DNA from: Octopus vulgaris
Taxonomy: Eukaryota
Assembly: GCA_951406725.2 (NCBI GenBank)
Contig: OX597824.1
Location: forward strand, 91,822,001 to 91,886,000
Length of the DNA: 64,000 nucleotides
Direction: 5' to 3'
The position numbers were made by a program, and so were the translations under genes. The notes below the pieces were generated by a model that saw nothing but the letters and a program-made list of their open reading frames with translations, had not been told where the DNA came from and did not search any database. Of this stretch, positions 12,880-25,567 are shown piece after piece (the first letter of the stretch is position 1; each line of letters starts with the position of its first letter).

Positions 12880-13014
12880 GGAGTAAACACATAAATGTGA
12901 AACAAGGTGGAAAAAAGAGTACTCAAATACCAGTGGTAGAGTAATATGCTTTATTTAAAGCAGCAGAAAATTCAACAAAACCTGTTACTCTGAGTTTCAC
13001 GTTGCCGTTCGTCG
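12878..13014 (-). mobile_element. Short (TA)n-flanked element with 5'-truncated hammerhead motif
   Basis: The minus strand reads CGACGA-acg-gcaa-cgt-GAAAC-tcaga-GTA-acagg (13014-12981), with AATAAA downstream. (TA)n lies on both sides. Confidence 0.65.
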
Positions 13015-13039
13015 TATATATATGTATATATATATGTAT

Positions 13040-13316
13040 ATCACGTGATCACGTGACCGACCAGTCGATCAGATGTAGTTACACATCGCTGGTCACAACG
13101 CGTGGTTAGGGCAGCGGACTCGCGGTCGTAGGATCGCGGTTTCGATTCCCAGACCGGGCGTTGTGAATGTTTATTGAGCGAAAACACCTAAAAGCTCCAC
13201 GAGGCTCCGGCAGAGGGTGGTGATCCCTGCTGTACTATTTCACCACTCTTTCTCTCACTCTTTCTTCTGTTGGCCTGCTCGCTTAGCCAGGGGGATGGCG
13301 TCATTCGAAGGCTAAA

Positions 13317-13318
<2 letters not shown>
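13040..13318. mobile_element. SINE family B with 5' inversion
   Basis: The 3' tail lies on the minus strand (13040-13100) and is joined to the head and body on the plus strand (13101-13318). Confidence 0.8.
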
Positions 13319-13366
<48 letters not shown>

Positions 13367-13503
13367 ATCGATGCACATGCGTGTGCACACCCATACGTAA
13401 ATGGGCGATGAGAAGGGAGCTAACATACTAGTACTCAAAACGATTAGGTATTTGTGTATATATGGATGTATATGTATAAGAATTGATATATAAATGAACT
13501 AAC

Positions 13504-13791
13504 CTTTTTTTCGATGGTGAGAATCTCATACACATTAGCTATGTTTGGATGTTTAACCGCTTGAACTATTTCAATCTCTCTTGGTAGAAACCGATCCCTG
13601 AATTCAGATGGAATTTTAGTCAAATCAAGGATTTTGATGGCAACCTTTTTGCGCTCGTTCTCACTAAAGCCCAGTTTAACTTTACTATACGATCCGTGAC
13701 CAATGGTAGGGCCAAATTTATATCCGCTTATCTCTATTGACGAATCCTCAATAAATCGTGAAGCTTTGCTGGTTTTCGATTCAGCAGTCAT
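13504..13791 (-). CDS. TSSK: Exon 1 of testis-specific Ser/Thr kinase-like gene (subdomains I-IV)
   Basis: Translates as MTAESK...GYKFGPTIGHGSYSKVK...VAIKILD..KIPSEFRDRFLPREIEIVQAVKHPNI, where F..RFLPRE is TSSK-typical. The exon is 288 nt, ends at the donor AAG|GTTAGT, and has an in-frame stop just upstream of the ATG. Confidence 0.93.
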
Positions 13792-14139
13792 GATTTACAC
13801 ACAGTGATAAACATGACATTTTGTCATTTCGGTTGTGAGTAATAAAGGTGGCGGTTCCTTTTCTTTTTGGTCGAAGATGGCGATGGCTTTTAGACAAATA
13901 TTTCCGTTTACGTTTGTACTGGTTTGATCGAAAATTTCGAAAATATCGAATTTGCAACCAGAGAAAATCATTTCGCTTCCATATTTTTTATGAAACGAAC
14001 AATAAAAAATAAATAAATTTAATTTAATAATAAACAGTAAGGCGAAATAAAAAAAAATACAATACTTCTATAAATTTTAATTTAACGCATCTTTTTTTCT
14101 CTTTTTCTTCGTATCATCAAGAGTTGCTTTTCTTTCTTT

Positions 14140-14151
14140 TATGACGTCATA
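14140..14151. promoter_or_regulatory. Full palindromic cAMP-response element (TATGACGTCATA) ~350 bp upstream of the TSSK ATG
   Basis: Perfect TGACGTCA at 14142-14149 in non-repetitive sequence. Confidence 0.55.
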
Positions 14152-15627
14152 GCAAACTGTTATCTCTATTTGCTGAGGCTTGGCACAGCTTCCCTATTTA
14201 GCTTGCTTTATAGCAGAATGTCACTGATGTGATTGATAAACATTCCGGCATTCCTCTATTCCTTTAATCTCTTACTGGTTTCAGTCGTTGGACTGCAGTC
14301 ATGCTGGCGTGTCATATTCTATGATATATTTGCTCTTACGAATTTCAGTACTTATCCCTCTGTATTCGTCGGAGCTCTAAAATACGAAACATAGAGGAAC
14401 AGTCCAAGAAAAGACAACAGGTCTTAAACCGGTGTAAATATAAATATAGTCCCGCATGTAAACATATTCCTGTTTACGTCAGTAACGGCTATCGTCTGTT
14501 GACGATGCTGTATTTTTCTTCCTGTTGATTAAATATATTTTAAATGTGGCATCATAAGCTACCTGCTTTTATACAAGACATACTATATATTGGTACTCTA
14601 GTAGTTATTGAAAGTCACCGACACTGTACGTTCATGCAAACATTGAACCAAATACGGTTTTATTAACAATTTAATAAGAAGATTTGTGCAAATTTATCTC
14701 GGCATCTTGAGAGGGAAGATGAGCCGCGAAACCTGAAAAGTTATTTATTTATCTATTAGTCAAGAAAGAATGAGTTATCCAGACTGCAGGGATAAATGGA
14801 AATTGCTATCATCAAACTGGAGACTTTCTCAGAATGTTGCAATACAGGAGCTTCGCTAATGGCAACAAAAGAAATTGGTTGTGACACTGAGTTGGGCGAT
14901 GGATTAAATCTAACACAAATGCGCCACGCAGGAAATTCTCTAAAGACACGCTTAGACCAGGTGGCGGTTGGAAAATAAGCACCGAATTAAGTCTACAACC
15001 AAGTGCCAAACACTAACCAAGGAACAAATAATGTTGCTGAGCGATGGATCACGGCTTCTATCAAGAAATCAGAACCCAAAGAAATGATTGGACTAATACC
15101 ACGAGGCATCTCATATAAACCAAAACTGTTCCCACCAATCGAAGTCAGAAGACGTTTCTTTTCTTTCTTACTGCTTACTTCGACACCGAAAGTTTGGAAA
15201 CAACGCTGTTGTCAGCCGGATTTGAACCCAGAGAGCCAAAAGATTAAGGCTGATCATGTTCATCCTTCGCTTTAACGACTCAGCCAATCCGGTGCCGTTC
15301 ATTGTTCAAATACATATGCGACCGAACACTATAATCTACATACTAAGTTGCCGAAGAGAACTTCACGGATATAATTTTCACGTAGAATGAAGTAAAGATG
15401 ACTAAGATGGCTGTATATTTACTCAGGATCCAAGAATTAGGACATTCTAGTAAGCAATGAAAATTATCATTCTTCTTCTTAAGACATATCTATCTGTCTG
15501 TTTGTCCGTCTGTCTTCCTGCCTATCTTCTGCTGCCTACCTACCTGTCTGCCTCCCTATCTGTCTGTCTGTCTATCTTTCTATCTGTATGTATTTATACA
15601 TATACCAATATATACATGCGTGATGAA

Positions 15628-15990
15628 GGCGGCGAGCTGGCAGAAACGTTAGCATGCAGGGCGAAATGCTTAGCGGTATTTCGTCTGCCGTTACGTTCTC
15701 AGTTCAAATTCCGCCAAGGTCGACTTTCCCTTTCATCCTTTCGGTGTTGATAAATTAAGTACCAGTTATGCACTAGGGTCGATGTAATCGACTTAATCCG
15801 CTTGTCTGTCCTTGTTTGTCCTCTCTGTATTTTGTCTGTCTTTACGTTCTGAGTTCAAATTTCGCCGAGGTCTACTTTGCCGTTCATCCTTCGGGGTCGA
15901 TAAATTAAGTACCAGTTGCGTACTGAGGTCGATCCAATCGACTGGCCCTCTCCCCTAAAAATTTCGGGCCCTGTGCCTGGAGTAGAAAAG
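15628..15990 (+). mobile_element. SINE family D with partial tandem duplication
   Basis: The head GGCGGCGAGCTGGCAGAAACGTTAGCA is followed by two copies of the core. Confidence 0.85.
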
Positions 15991-16116
15991 AATATATAGA
16001 GTGTTTATATATATATATATATAAATTTCTTTGCTTCCAGTGGTCTAGCGAGAAGAAAAAAATCTAGTTATGGCCATCTCTTATGTGTTTAAATGTATAC
16101 TGTATTTTTATATGTT

Positions 16117-16186
<70 letters not shown>

Positions 16187-16664
16187 TACATATATTGACT
16201 CCTACATATGTATACACACACACATACACACACAAAAATATATGTGAATATATACACACGCCTCGGCACACGAACGTATTCACAAAATATATTCCTTCCA
16301 TTCTTACACGGATTATCTCCACGTCGCAATCTATACAGCAACAAACAGTTTCCGTCAACTAAATTCTATCACACGACATCAATCCACCTGCTGGTACAGT
16401 GAGAAGCATCCGACCAAGGTGCCACAGAGTGGAACTGAACCCCAAAACACATGAATGTAAAGCTAAGTTTATACTCAAACAGCCATATATATTCATACGA
16501 CAAAGAACAAAAGTACGAACATTTTAAAATGGTTCACTTGAACAATTGTGGAGTTCTTTTGTGTGAAACCATTGGTTTCCTTATAATCCATAGATAAAGA
16601 ATGTTTATCCACCAATGCACTGGATAGTTTTTCTTTATTTGCTGTCCTTTTCATTATACAAATA

Positions 16665-16805
16665 CAAGGTTGTCCCAAAAGTTCGTAGAAAGTCTTGGAA
16701 AATAATGGTCTTTATTTTGAGGAATAATTTTTGTTGTTTTTGTTAGTGCTTAGCGAGTAAAAATTCAATTTTTGCAAGTGTTTACGAACTTTTGGGACAA
16801 CCTAA
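16665..16805. mobile_element. mariner-type MITE (141 bp)
   Basis: 21-bp perfect inverted repeats AGGTTGTCCCAAAAGTTCGTA / TACGAACTTTTGGGACAACCT with flanking TA. The TIR resembles those of the mariners at 5029 and 63097. Confidence 0.8.
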
Positions 16806-16840
16806 TATATACAGACATATATAAATGTCTACGTGTCTAT

Positions 16841-16879
<39 letters not shown>

Positions 16880-17121
16880 TGTGTGCGTTTGTGTTTCTTT
16901 CTAAATGTCTGACTGCCACAAATACTTGAAAGGTGGTGGTGGTTTATTTTAGTTCCTGTGACCAATCGTTCCGGCTAAAGAGACTGGCCAAATAAGTGCC
17001 ATACTTAAGAAGTAAACACAAGGGCCCATTTCTATGACTAAAACTCTTCAAGATGGTGCCCCAGCATGACCAGAGTCCGATGACTGTCACAAGTAAAATG
17101 CAAGCGATGATATCGCATACA

Positions 17122-17346
17122 CGAGGAGCCGCTAATAAGTTCCTGGCTTTCGATTAAAAGGAAATACAGGATGAGGATCAGTTAATCCTGATTTTATTCA
17201 ACATATTCCCCTCTCCTGATTCACACACTTGTTGCAGGTTTTTCAATTTTCCTAATCCCTGTAAAAGAACTCGGAATGCTAGGCCTCCATCCAGATCTTT
17301 CGTGACATCCTCAAAGACAGGAACATTTCAGACCCTGCCTCCTCGG
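17122..17346. mobile_element. Decayed mariner-type MITE
   Basis: Imperfect TIRs CGAGGAGCCGCTAATAAGTTCCTGGCTTT ... AAAGACAGGAACATTTCAG..CTCCTCG. Confidence 0.5.
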
Positions 17347-17559
17347 ACATCTATATTATAAAGAGTACCACTGTTATCAGCGGCACTATCAGTGCCTCCA
17401 TCGCCGCCGTTGCCGCCACTTCTGGCGCTGCTATCACAGCTCCTAGGATTTCATTCTCTGGCATTAATACAATCAGTCAAACCACCTAAGCATATTGCAC
17501 CATCCACCATCATTGCTTTAAAAAAAAACACCTTCCGTGACTACGATTAGATCTGTAGT

Positions 17560-18009
17560 TTTAACAGCACCATCGCCACCGTCCTCTATCTACAACAACA
17601 CCAGCACCAGTAGCAGAAACCACACCGCCACTACTACCATCACCATCACCACCACCACCACAACAACAACGACAACGACAACAGCAACCACCGTCACCAA
17701 CATCACCAGCAGTAGCAGCACCGGCACCACACCCACCACAATGTTCACCACTATCATCACCACAATCTCCTCCACCGTAACAACTAGCACCCGCACCATC
17801 AACTACCACAAAGACCACCATCACCTCCACTACCACCACTACAACAACTACCATTACCACCACCATTACCACCACCATTACCATCACCATCATCATCACC
17901 ATCAACATCAATAACAAAGCCAGCCCCGCCACCAGCATCATCATTCTAAACAGTGATATCACGATTTTACTACTACTACTATTACTACAACTGCTGCTGC
18001 TGCTGCTAT

Positions 18010-18104
<95 letters not shown>

Positions 18105-18170
18105 GTGGTAGTTGTTGTAGAAGTAGTAGTGTCCTTAGTGGTGGTGGTAGTGGTGGTAGTGATGGTTCGT
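17560..18170. repeat. Degenerate (CAC/CAT/CAA)n and (TAC)n trinucleotide field
   Basis: Directly visible. Confidence 0.9.
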
Positions 18171-18563
18171 GGTAGTAATCCTATTATTTCGTACATTTAT
18201 CTTTCCCTTCTTTCCGACTATGTCCTGTTGCTTCTTTTTTTGTTACTCAAATTCTAATAAATAAATACCTAAATATACAAATAAATGACAAAAGTACGAA
18301 AAAAACGAAGAAAAGGCATTTATATTAAATGCTTCAATATTGAAAACCACAACGGAAACAGAACTGTCGGCCAACCAAGGCCCGGCATACATACGCTTAT
18401 TTTGGTTATACATACATACATACATATATATATATATATATGTATCTGTGTCTGTATCTATCAATCTATACCTATACCTATATATCAAGAGTGAGAGAGA
18501 GAGAGAGAGGTGAGAGAGGCACTGAGAAATCGATTTATACAGGTACGTATACATACATAGGTA

Positions 18564-18595
<32 letters not shown>

Positions 18596-18791
18596 CATGT
18601 ATACATATATATATATTTATATATACATACAGTTATATAATTATATATATATATATATGTGTGTGTGTATATATTGCTATCTATCAATCAATCAGTCTAC
18701 CTACCTACCTACCTACCTACCTACCTAGCTACCTACATAACATCCTACCTATCTGTCTACCTCCGTATCTACCTATCTATTTATCTGTCTA

Positions 18792-18836
<45 letters not shown>

Positions 18837-18868
18837 ATCAATCTATCTATCGATCTCTCTATCAATGA

Positions 18869-18934
<66 letters not shown>

Positions 18935-19092
18935 ACATACATACATACATACATACATACATGCATACGCATGCATGCACACACGCATGGTCGTGCACGT
19001 CTGTTTGTACAAATTTGTATTTCGTTGTATGTATTGTTTTCATTGTTAGTCGTCGGAGTCGTGTAACAGCCACTAATATAAAGTATTCTGAA

Positions 19093-19327
19093 AGCGAGCT
19101 GGTATAAACGTTAGCACGCCGGGCGACATGCGTTGCCGCACTTTGTCTGCCGTTACGTTCTGAGTTCAAATTCTGCCGAGGCCGATTTTTCCTTTCATCC
19201 TTTCGGGGTCGATAAATTAAATACCAGTTGCGCACTGGTGTCGATATAATCGACTTAATCCGTTTGTCTGTCCTTGTTTGTCCCCTCTGTGTTTAGCCCC
19301 TTGTGGGTAGTAAAGAAATAGGTATTT
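19093..19327 (+). mobile_element. SINE family D
   Basis: Collinear with the 11951 unit. Confidence 0.85.
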
Positions 19328-19590
19328 GTTTCGGAAACAATTTTACTAGAATTAATTTAGAAAATGCAATAAAAAGTACGTTATAAAATACGACCATGTT
19401 CATATTCATACAAACATGCATTAGCATATCATTTAATCTGTGTCGTTGTTTGATGCATGTGGCTGTCCCTGCGCACGCGTCTTTCTTTATATATATGTAC
19501 ACAAACAGAGATATAAATATATATAAGGAAGTGTTAGCGCGAGGAAGTGTTTAGATATGAGCAGAATTTAGGCTAATGGAGATATGTTTG

Positions 19591-20189
19591 TGACATATTT
19601 GAACTGCTAAATGACAAATACACAGCAGGGATACCGTGGAGAATAAGTATCTCTCGTGCTAAAAAGGTGTGAAAACACCGATTCGCTCACAGTTGCTTTC
19701 TATTAGGAATCTCAGGCGTCGATATTTCGACCTATTTTGGCTATAGTCAATTAGATATACCTAAGAGAGGCAACTATGAATGAACTTAGAAAGCTATAGC
19801 TTTATGTATAACCAGTCAATACATTGACTGGTTATACATTCAATGTATTGACTGATTTGCGCTAGTAGATACATTGTCAATACATTGACTTATTTGCGCT
19901 AGTAGATCGCCTAATCGAGGTAACCAACGAAGCGATAGCACGAAGAAGTGCTTAAGTATAAGCAACATTGAGGCAAATGAGTCAATTAGCTAAAGCTTCC
20001 TAAGTTCGTTCGGAGTTGCCTCTTTTCGACGAGAGCCAAATTAGCTCCAAACATCGATGTCTGATTTTCCTAATAGATGGAGACACTATAGATGAGCGAA
20101 GCGTTGTGTTGTCATATATTTTTACCATGAGAGAGATTTATTCTCCACGGAAACTGCAGTGTTTGCCTTTTAGCAGTTGAAATATGTCA
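19591..20189. repeat. Degenerate ~600-bp fold-back with decayed hammerhead motifs in both arms
   Basis: 19591-~19801 is the inverted match of ~19988-20189. The right arm has CGACGA-gagc-caaatta-gctc-cAAAC-atcgat-GTC (20027-20061). Confidence 0.75.
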
Positions 20190-20308
20190 AACATATATAT
20201 ATATGTATATAAAGTTAATCCAAACATGAAAGCACAAAAAAACAAAACGCGAGGACGTGGAACAAATAAAGTATTATTGGACGCTCAGGAAAGAAGGAAA
20301 GAAGGAGG

Positions 20309-20343
20309 GTTTAACGTTTCGAGCGGAGCTCTTCGTCGGAAAC
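20309..20343 (-). ncRNA. Minimal type-I hammerhead ribozyme (CCGACGA core variant) in a (TA)n-flanked element (20211-20425)
   Basis: The minus strand reads gttt-CCGACGA-a-gagc-tcc-gctc-GAAAC-GTT-aaac. Stem I is gttt/aaac, and stem III is reduced to the palindrome AACGTT. Confidence 0.7.
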
Positions 20344-20708
20344 ATAGGAGAAGGAAAGATCCAGAGAAAGAAAGACAGAGGGAAAAAAACAGGTAAAAAA
20401 TCGCCAACGCTACACACACGGTCACATATATAAATAAAAAGGGAGTTGCATGATTGTGTATAGAGGGGGGATATATATTATTCAAAGAAATTCCAACTCT
20501 GTTTTTTATGTTTTATTTATATTCTTTATAATATCAATGTAGAATATAGAATATATAGTATAATGAAATGAAGTATTGATTGTCGTTTTGAATAGATGAA
20601 ATGTTGAATATCAAATATTAAGGGACTAGTATACTTTCATGCGTTATAGCAGTTTTCAAGGCCCCAGGTTGTGACAGGAGTGTTGCAACTGCGCCTCTCA
20701 TGCTGGAA

Positions 20709-20856
20709 AGGTGTGAACACACCGATTCGATCAGAGTCGTCATCTATTAGGAATCTCAAGCGTCGATATTTCGAGCTATTTAGGCTTTTGTCAATTGAAT
20801 ATACCTAAGAGAGGCAACTATGAATGAACTTAGAAAGCTATAGCTTCATGTATAAC
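20709..20856. repeat. Second direct copy of the left arm of the 19591 fold-back
   Basis: Matches 19666-19812 (…cctaagagaggcaactatgaatgaacttagaaagctatagc…). Confidence 0.8.
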
Positions 20857-20886
20857 TCTCTATCTATCTATCTATCTATCTATCTA

Positions 20887-20926
<40 letters not shown>

Positions 20927-20930
20927 ATAA

Positions 20931-20974
<44 letters not shown>

Positions 20975-20978
<4 letters not shown>

Positions 20979-21252
20979 TTGACCACTTGACCGACCAGTC
21001 CATCAGATGTAGTTATACATCGCTGGTCACAATGCGTTCGCATTGTTTTAGCCTTCGAATGACGCCACCCCGCTGGCTAAGCGAGTAGGCCAACAGAAGA
21101 AAGAGTGGGAGAAAGAGTGGTGAAAGAGTACAGCAGGGATCACCACCCCCTGCTTTTAGGTGTTTTCGCTCAGTAAACACTCACAACGAATCGAAACCGC
21201 GACCCTACGACCCCGAGTCCGCTGCCTTAACCACTTGGCCATTGCGCCTCCA
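20975..21252 (-). mobile_element. SINE family B inserted in (TA)n
   Basis: Matches the 25293 and 45695 copies, with (TA)n on both sides. Confidence 0.87.
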
Positions 21253-22048
21253 TATATATATATATATATATATATATAGATAGATAGATAGATATCTTAT
21301 TAGCACAAGTATTTTTCCCCTTTATTTCGTGCGTTCGTTTGGTTTTGATTTTGATGTTTTTTTGTTGTTTCAGTTTTTACAACGATGTTGGTAAACGGCG
21401 GTCTGAAAGGCGTGTAGGTGCTGTTGGGGGTCCTTGGTGGGGGCCGTTCGTCCGATTTAGGTTTCCTGGTGTTTTGGGCAGTCTGGTTATTGGTAATGCA
21501 AACTGTATTCGCCATGTAATCATTCATGCTGTCGGTGTTACTGCTATTGCTGTTGCTGTTGTTGTTGTTGTTGTTGCTTGTTGTATATATATATATATAT
21601 ATGTTGTTGTTGTTGTTGTTGTTGTTTGTGGTCGCTGTCTGCAGTCGAGCCTAGGCAGGTATACTATTGTTGGTGTTGTTAATGTTGTTAATAAGGTTTT
21701 GGGTTGATTGATGGTGGTGAAGCGGTGCGGTGGTGGGGTTTGGGGTAGTGTGTCCCGGTGGCGATTATTTTGGTCGATGGCGAACAGAAATGGTAAATGA
21801 AAACCCGGTTCCATCATGAAGAAAAAAAAAACAGGAATAATAATTACTAGTTTGATGAGAAAGAGACGGAGACGGAAAGGGAGGGAGAGAGATAGAGGGG
21901 AGAGACGGAGAGAAAAGAAAGGAGAGAGCGCAACAGACAGGGTACTAGAGAGAGGGAGAGGTAGTGCGAGACAGAGAGAGAGGGAGAGACAGAGAGAAAA
22001 GATAACAACGGACAGAAAAAAAGTAAAATGAAGGGAATGAGAGAAAAG

Positions 22049-22084
<36 letters not shown>

Positions 22085-22462
22085 AAGAAAGATAGAGAGC
22101 GTAGAAGAGATGAAGAGGAGAGTTTTGAGGCGAAAGAGAGACTAATAAAGGTGCATAAATATAAACTGACTTGTACAAATGCATAAACATTTATTATCAG
22201 AAAGTTACACACAAGTACACACACACGTATATATACACTCGCGAAGAGTGTGTTTATGTGCGTGTTTACATACATGCATGCATATCTGGACACTCGCACA
22301 CACACATACACGCACACACACATACACGCACACACAAACACACACACATACATCAGTACACGAATAAATGGAATTAAATACTGATAGATTTATATATTGT
22401 ATATATGTGTGTTTATATATAGCTGTATATATGCATACATATTTGTGTGCATATACATATTA

Positions 22463-22512
<50 letters not shown>

Positions 22513-22615
22513 GATATATATATGTATGTATGTATGGATATATATATGTATATATAATGCTATATATTTCTATATATATAAACATGTATATGTACGTATG
22601 TATACATGCATATAG

Positions 22616-22703
<88 letters not shown>

Positions 22704-23924
22704 ACGTACGTGTGTACGTATACATGCATACATATATATGCATATATGCATATACATGTTTAGATAAATATACACTTATATAGATATACATATATATATA
22801 TATGTATATTTACATTATACATACACATGCATACATATATATGTATATATGTATATATATACATATATGTATATATAAATATATGTATATGTATATATGT
22901 ATATATCTATATGCATACATATCTATATAAGTAAAATTATATATGAGCTGAGGGGCGACATATAATTTCAATCTATTGATAAATCTGCTCGTATAATCTA
23001 TTTGTCTAACAAGTTTTCTGATTAAAGTATTTCCATTGCAGCTTAAAACTAGCGATCAATCTATCAATCTATCTGTCATTTCTAATCTACACACACATAC
23101 ATACACACATACATACATACATACATACACACAACATACATACATACATACATACATACATACATACATACATACATACATACATACATACATGCATATA
23201 TATATACATATATATACATTTCCTTGTGTATACTCTCATGCATATATGTCTGCGTCAGCGTGTATTCGCGCATGTTCATCTACGCTCAAAAGATAAGAAT
23301 CATATTTCTTCTGTGCCCTGCAATGCGATGCTATCTCGGTCCATTGGCGGCGTTTTCCTCTGCAATGCATTCACCAGCTTCAGGCCGGCGTATGTGATGG
23401 CGTAACGTCTGTGACTTGAAGTAGTGGCCTTCAACAGTTCCCTTAGAATATTTCGGAGGTTAATGATATAAATATAACTTGGCGGCTATCGACTTACAAC
23501 TCCAAGCTCATTACTCTGCAGGCGTGGGCGAGTAGTTAGCAAGTTCGCTTTACAACTGCGTTGATTCTGCTCAAGTCCCTCAGCGCTGCACCTTGGACAA
23601 ATGCCTTCTACTCTAGCCCCGGATAAACTAATGAATGAATTTAGTGGAAGGGAATTGTGTGGAAACCGGCCGGATGTGTGTATGTGTGTGTGTGTGAATG
23701 TGTGTCTATGTGTGTATGTATGTAGGTGTGCTTTTGTGAGTGTATAGGCTGGATGGTATATCAGCCGAAACTTTATGTTAACAACAAACAAGATGTGGAC
23801 AAATATCCGCCAAATGTAAATAATGTAAATAATGTACATAATTCCTCAAATACTTGTTCGTTGCTGTTATGGAGGTCTCATAGAACATTTCTACCTACAT
23901 CATTTCTCTTCCCCACAACTACTT

Positions 23925-23990
<66 letters not shown>

Positions 23991-24014
23991 TTATTATTAT
24001 TATTATCATTATTA

Positions 24015-24089
<75 letters not shown>

Positions 24090-24374
24090 CTTCTTTCTTC
24101 AAATTTTCTTCCGTTTCTCGCCGGGTGTTTTCCGTACACCTAGGGCAGAGAAGCTCATTATATGCATTCCCAGATTACACACGCGAATTCATAGGTAAAA
24201 TATGTATTTAAAAAATAAATAAATAAATAAATAAATAAATAAATTCTTGAATGGATGTTCTTTTCACAGCAATAATGCTCTTTTCAGTACATGAGCCATT
24301 CCAGTTAACACGATTTTTTGCACTTCCTGTACGAATGGTAAGCCTGGTATCATTTTCAAATAGGCTTCAGTACC

Positions 24375-24456
<82 letters not shown>

Positions 24457-24472
24457 CATCATCATTATTTTC

Positions 24473-24577
<105 letters not shown>

Positions 24578-24769
24578 GTTATTATTATCATTATTATTAT
24601 TAAAATAGTTAACCGTTTAACTAATTTACTATATGATTCGGCAGTCAGTCAGCTAGGTTTGTGAAAGTCCTGTTGTGACATTCGTGACCTCATCTGTAAG
24701 ATGCCTTCTCTGCTCCAGGTCTGCTCTGAGCTTTCCTTTTTTTCTTCTTGATATACGCAATTATCATTC

Positions 24770-24980
24770 TAGAATATTCCTTCATTCACGGTCTCAACAA
24801 GCTTTTCGCGCTCAACAAGGAATTAATAATATCATATTCTCTGCTCGTCGACTACGAGAGGAATATATTGAGAAGACACATGGCTTCTATAATTGTCTTC
24901 TATAATTGTCTTCTTGACCTTGAGGCTTTTAATTCAGCGAATTGTGATGCTTTATGAAATATTGTCCGGAACATAGGCAC
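24770..24980 (+). mobile_element. Decayed LINE reverse-transcriptase fragment (RTE-like)
   Basis: SQQAFRAQQGINNIIFSARRLREEYIEK...LDLEAFNS..DAL resembles the RT motifs SQ.GFR..RGT.DMIF.ARQLQEK...F.DL.KAFD. Confidence 0.65.
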
Positions 24981-25262
24981 CTTTACAAATATAATGCAAA
25001 GTACGCGCGAGCACAACGCGAACACACACACACACACGTGTGTGTATGTGTACATTTCCCACTGAGTGAAATGTCAGTCGAATATAACGAAATACGTATT
25101 GAAGATTGTTTAAACAAACCCCTTGGCTGCGCAATAATGATTACACTGCATATCACCAATGTACAGTGGGTGTAAAAATGTGTCCAAACGTTTATCGTGA
25201 TTTTAGATAAAGGATGCCAGCCAATCCCTTCACTATCATCTACCTATTTATGCATGTATGTA

Positions 25263-25292
<30 letters not shown>

Positions 25293-25296
<4 letters not shown>

Positions 25297-25567
25297 CGAC
25301 CAGGCTATCAGATGTTGCTACACATCGCTGGTCACAATGCGTTTCGCATTGCTTTAGCCTTCAAATGATGCCACCCCGCTGGCTAAGCGAGCAGGCCAAC
25401 AGAAGAAAGAGTAAGAGAAAGTTGTAGCGAAAGAGTACAACAGGGATCGCCACCACCGCCTGACGGAGGCTCGTGGAACTTTACGTGTTTTACCTCAATA
25501 AACAATCGAAACCGCGCTCCTCCGACCGCGAGTCCGCTGCCCTAACCACTGGGCCATTGCGCCTTCA
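25293..25567 (-). mobile_element. SINE family B
   Basis: Matches the 45695 copy, and its 3' end abuts (TA)n. Confidence 0.85.

Noticed and set aside
13444-13503. C-terminal tail of the 115-aa kinase ORF ([19 protein letters not shown])
   Set aside because: This is read-through into the intron past the GTTAGT donor. Kinase similarity continues in exon 2.
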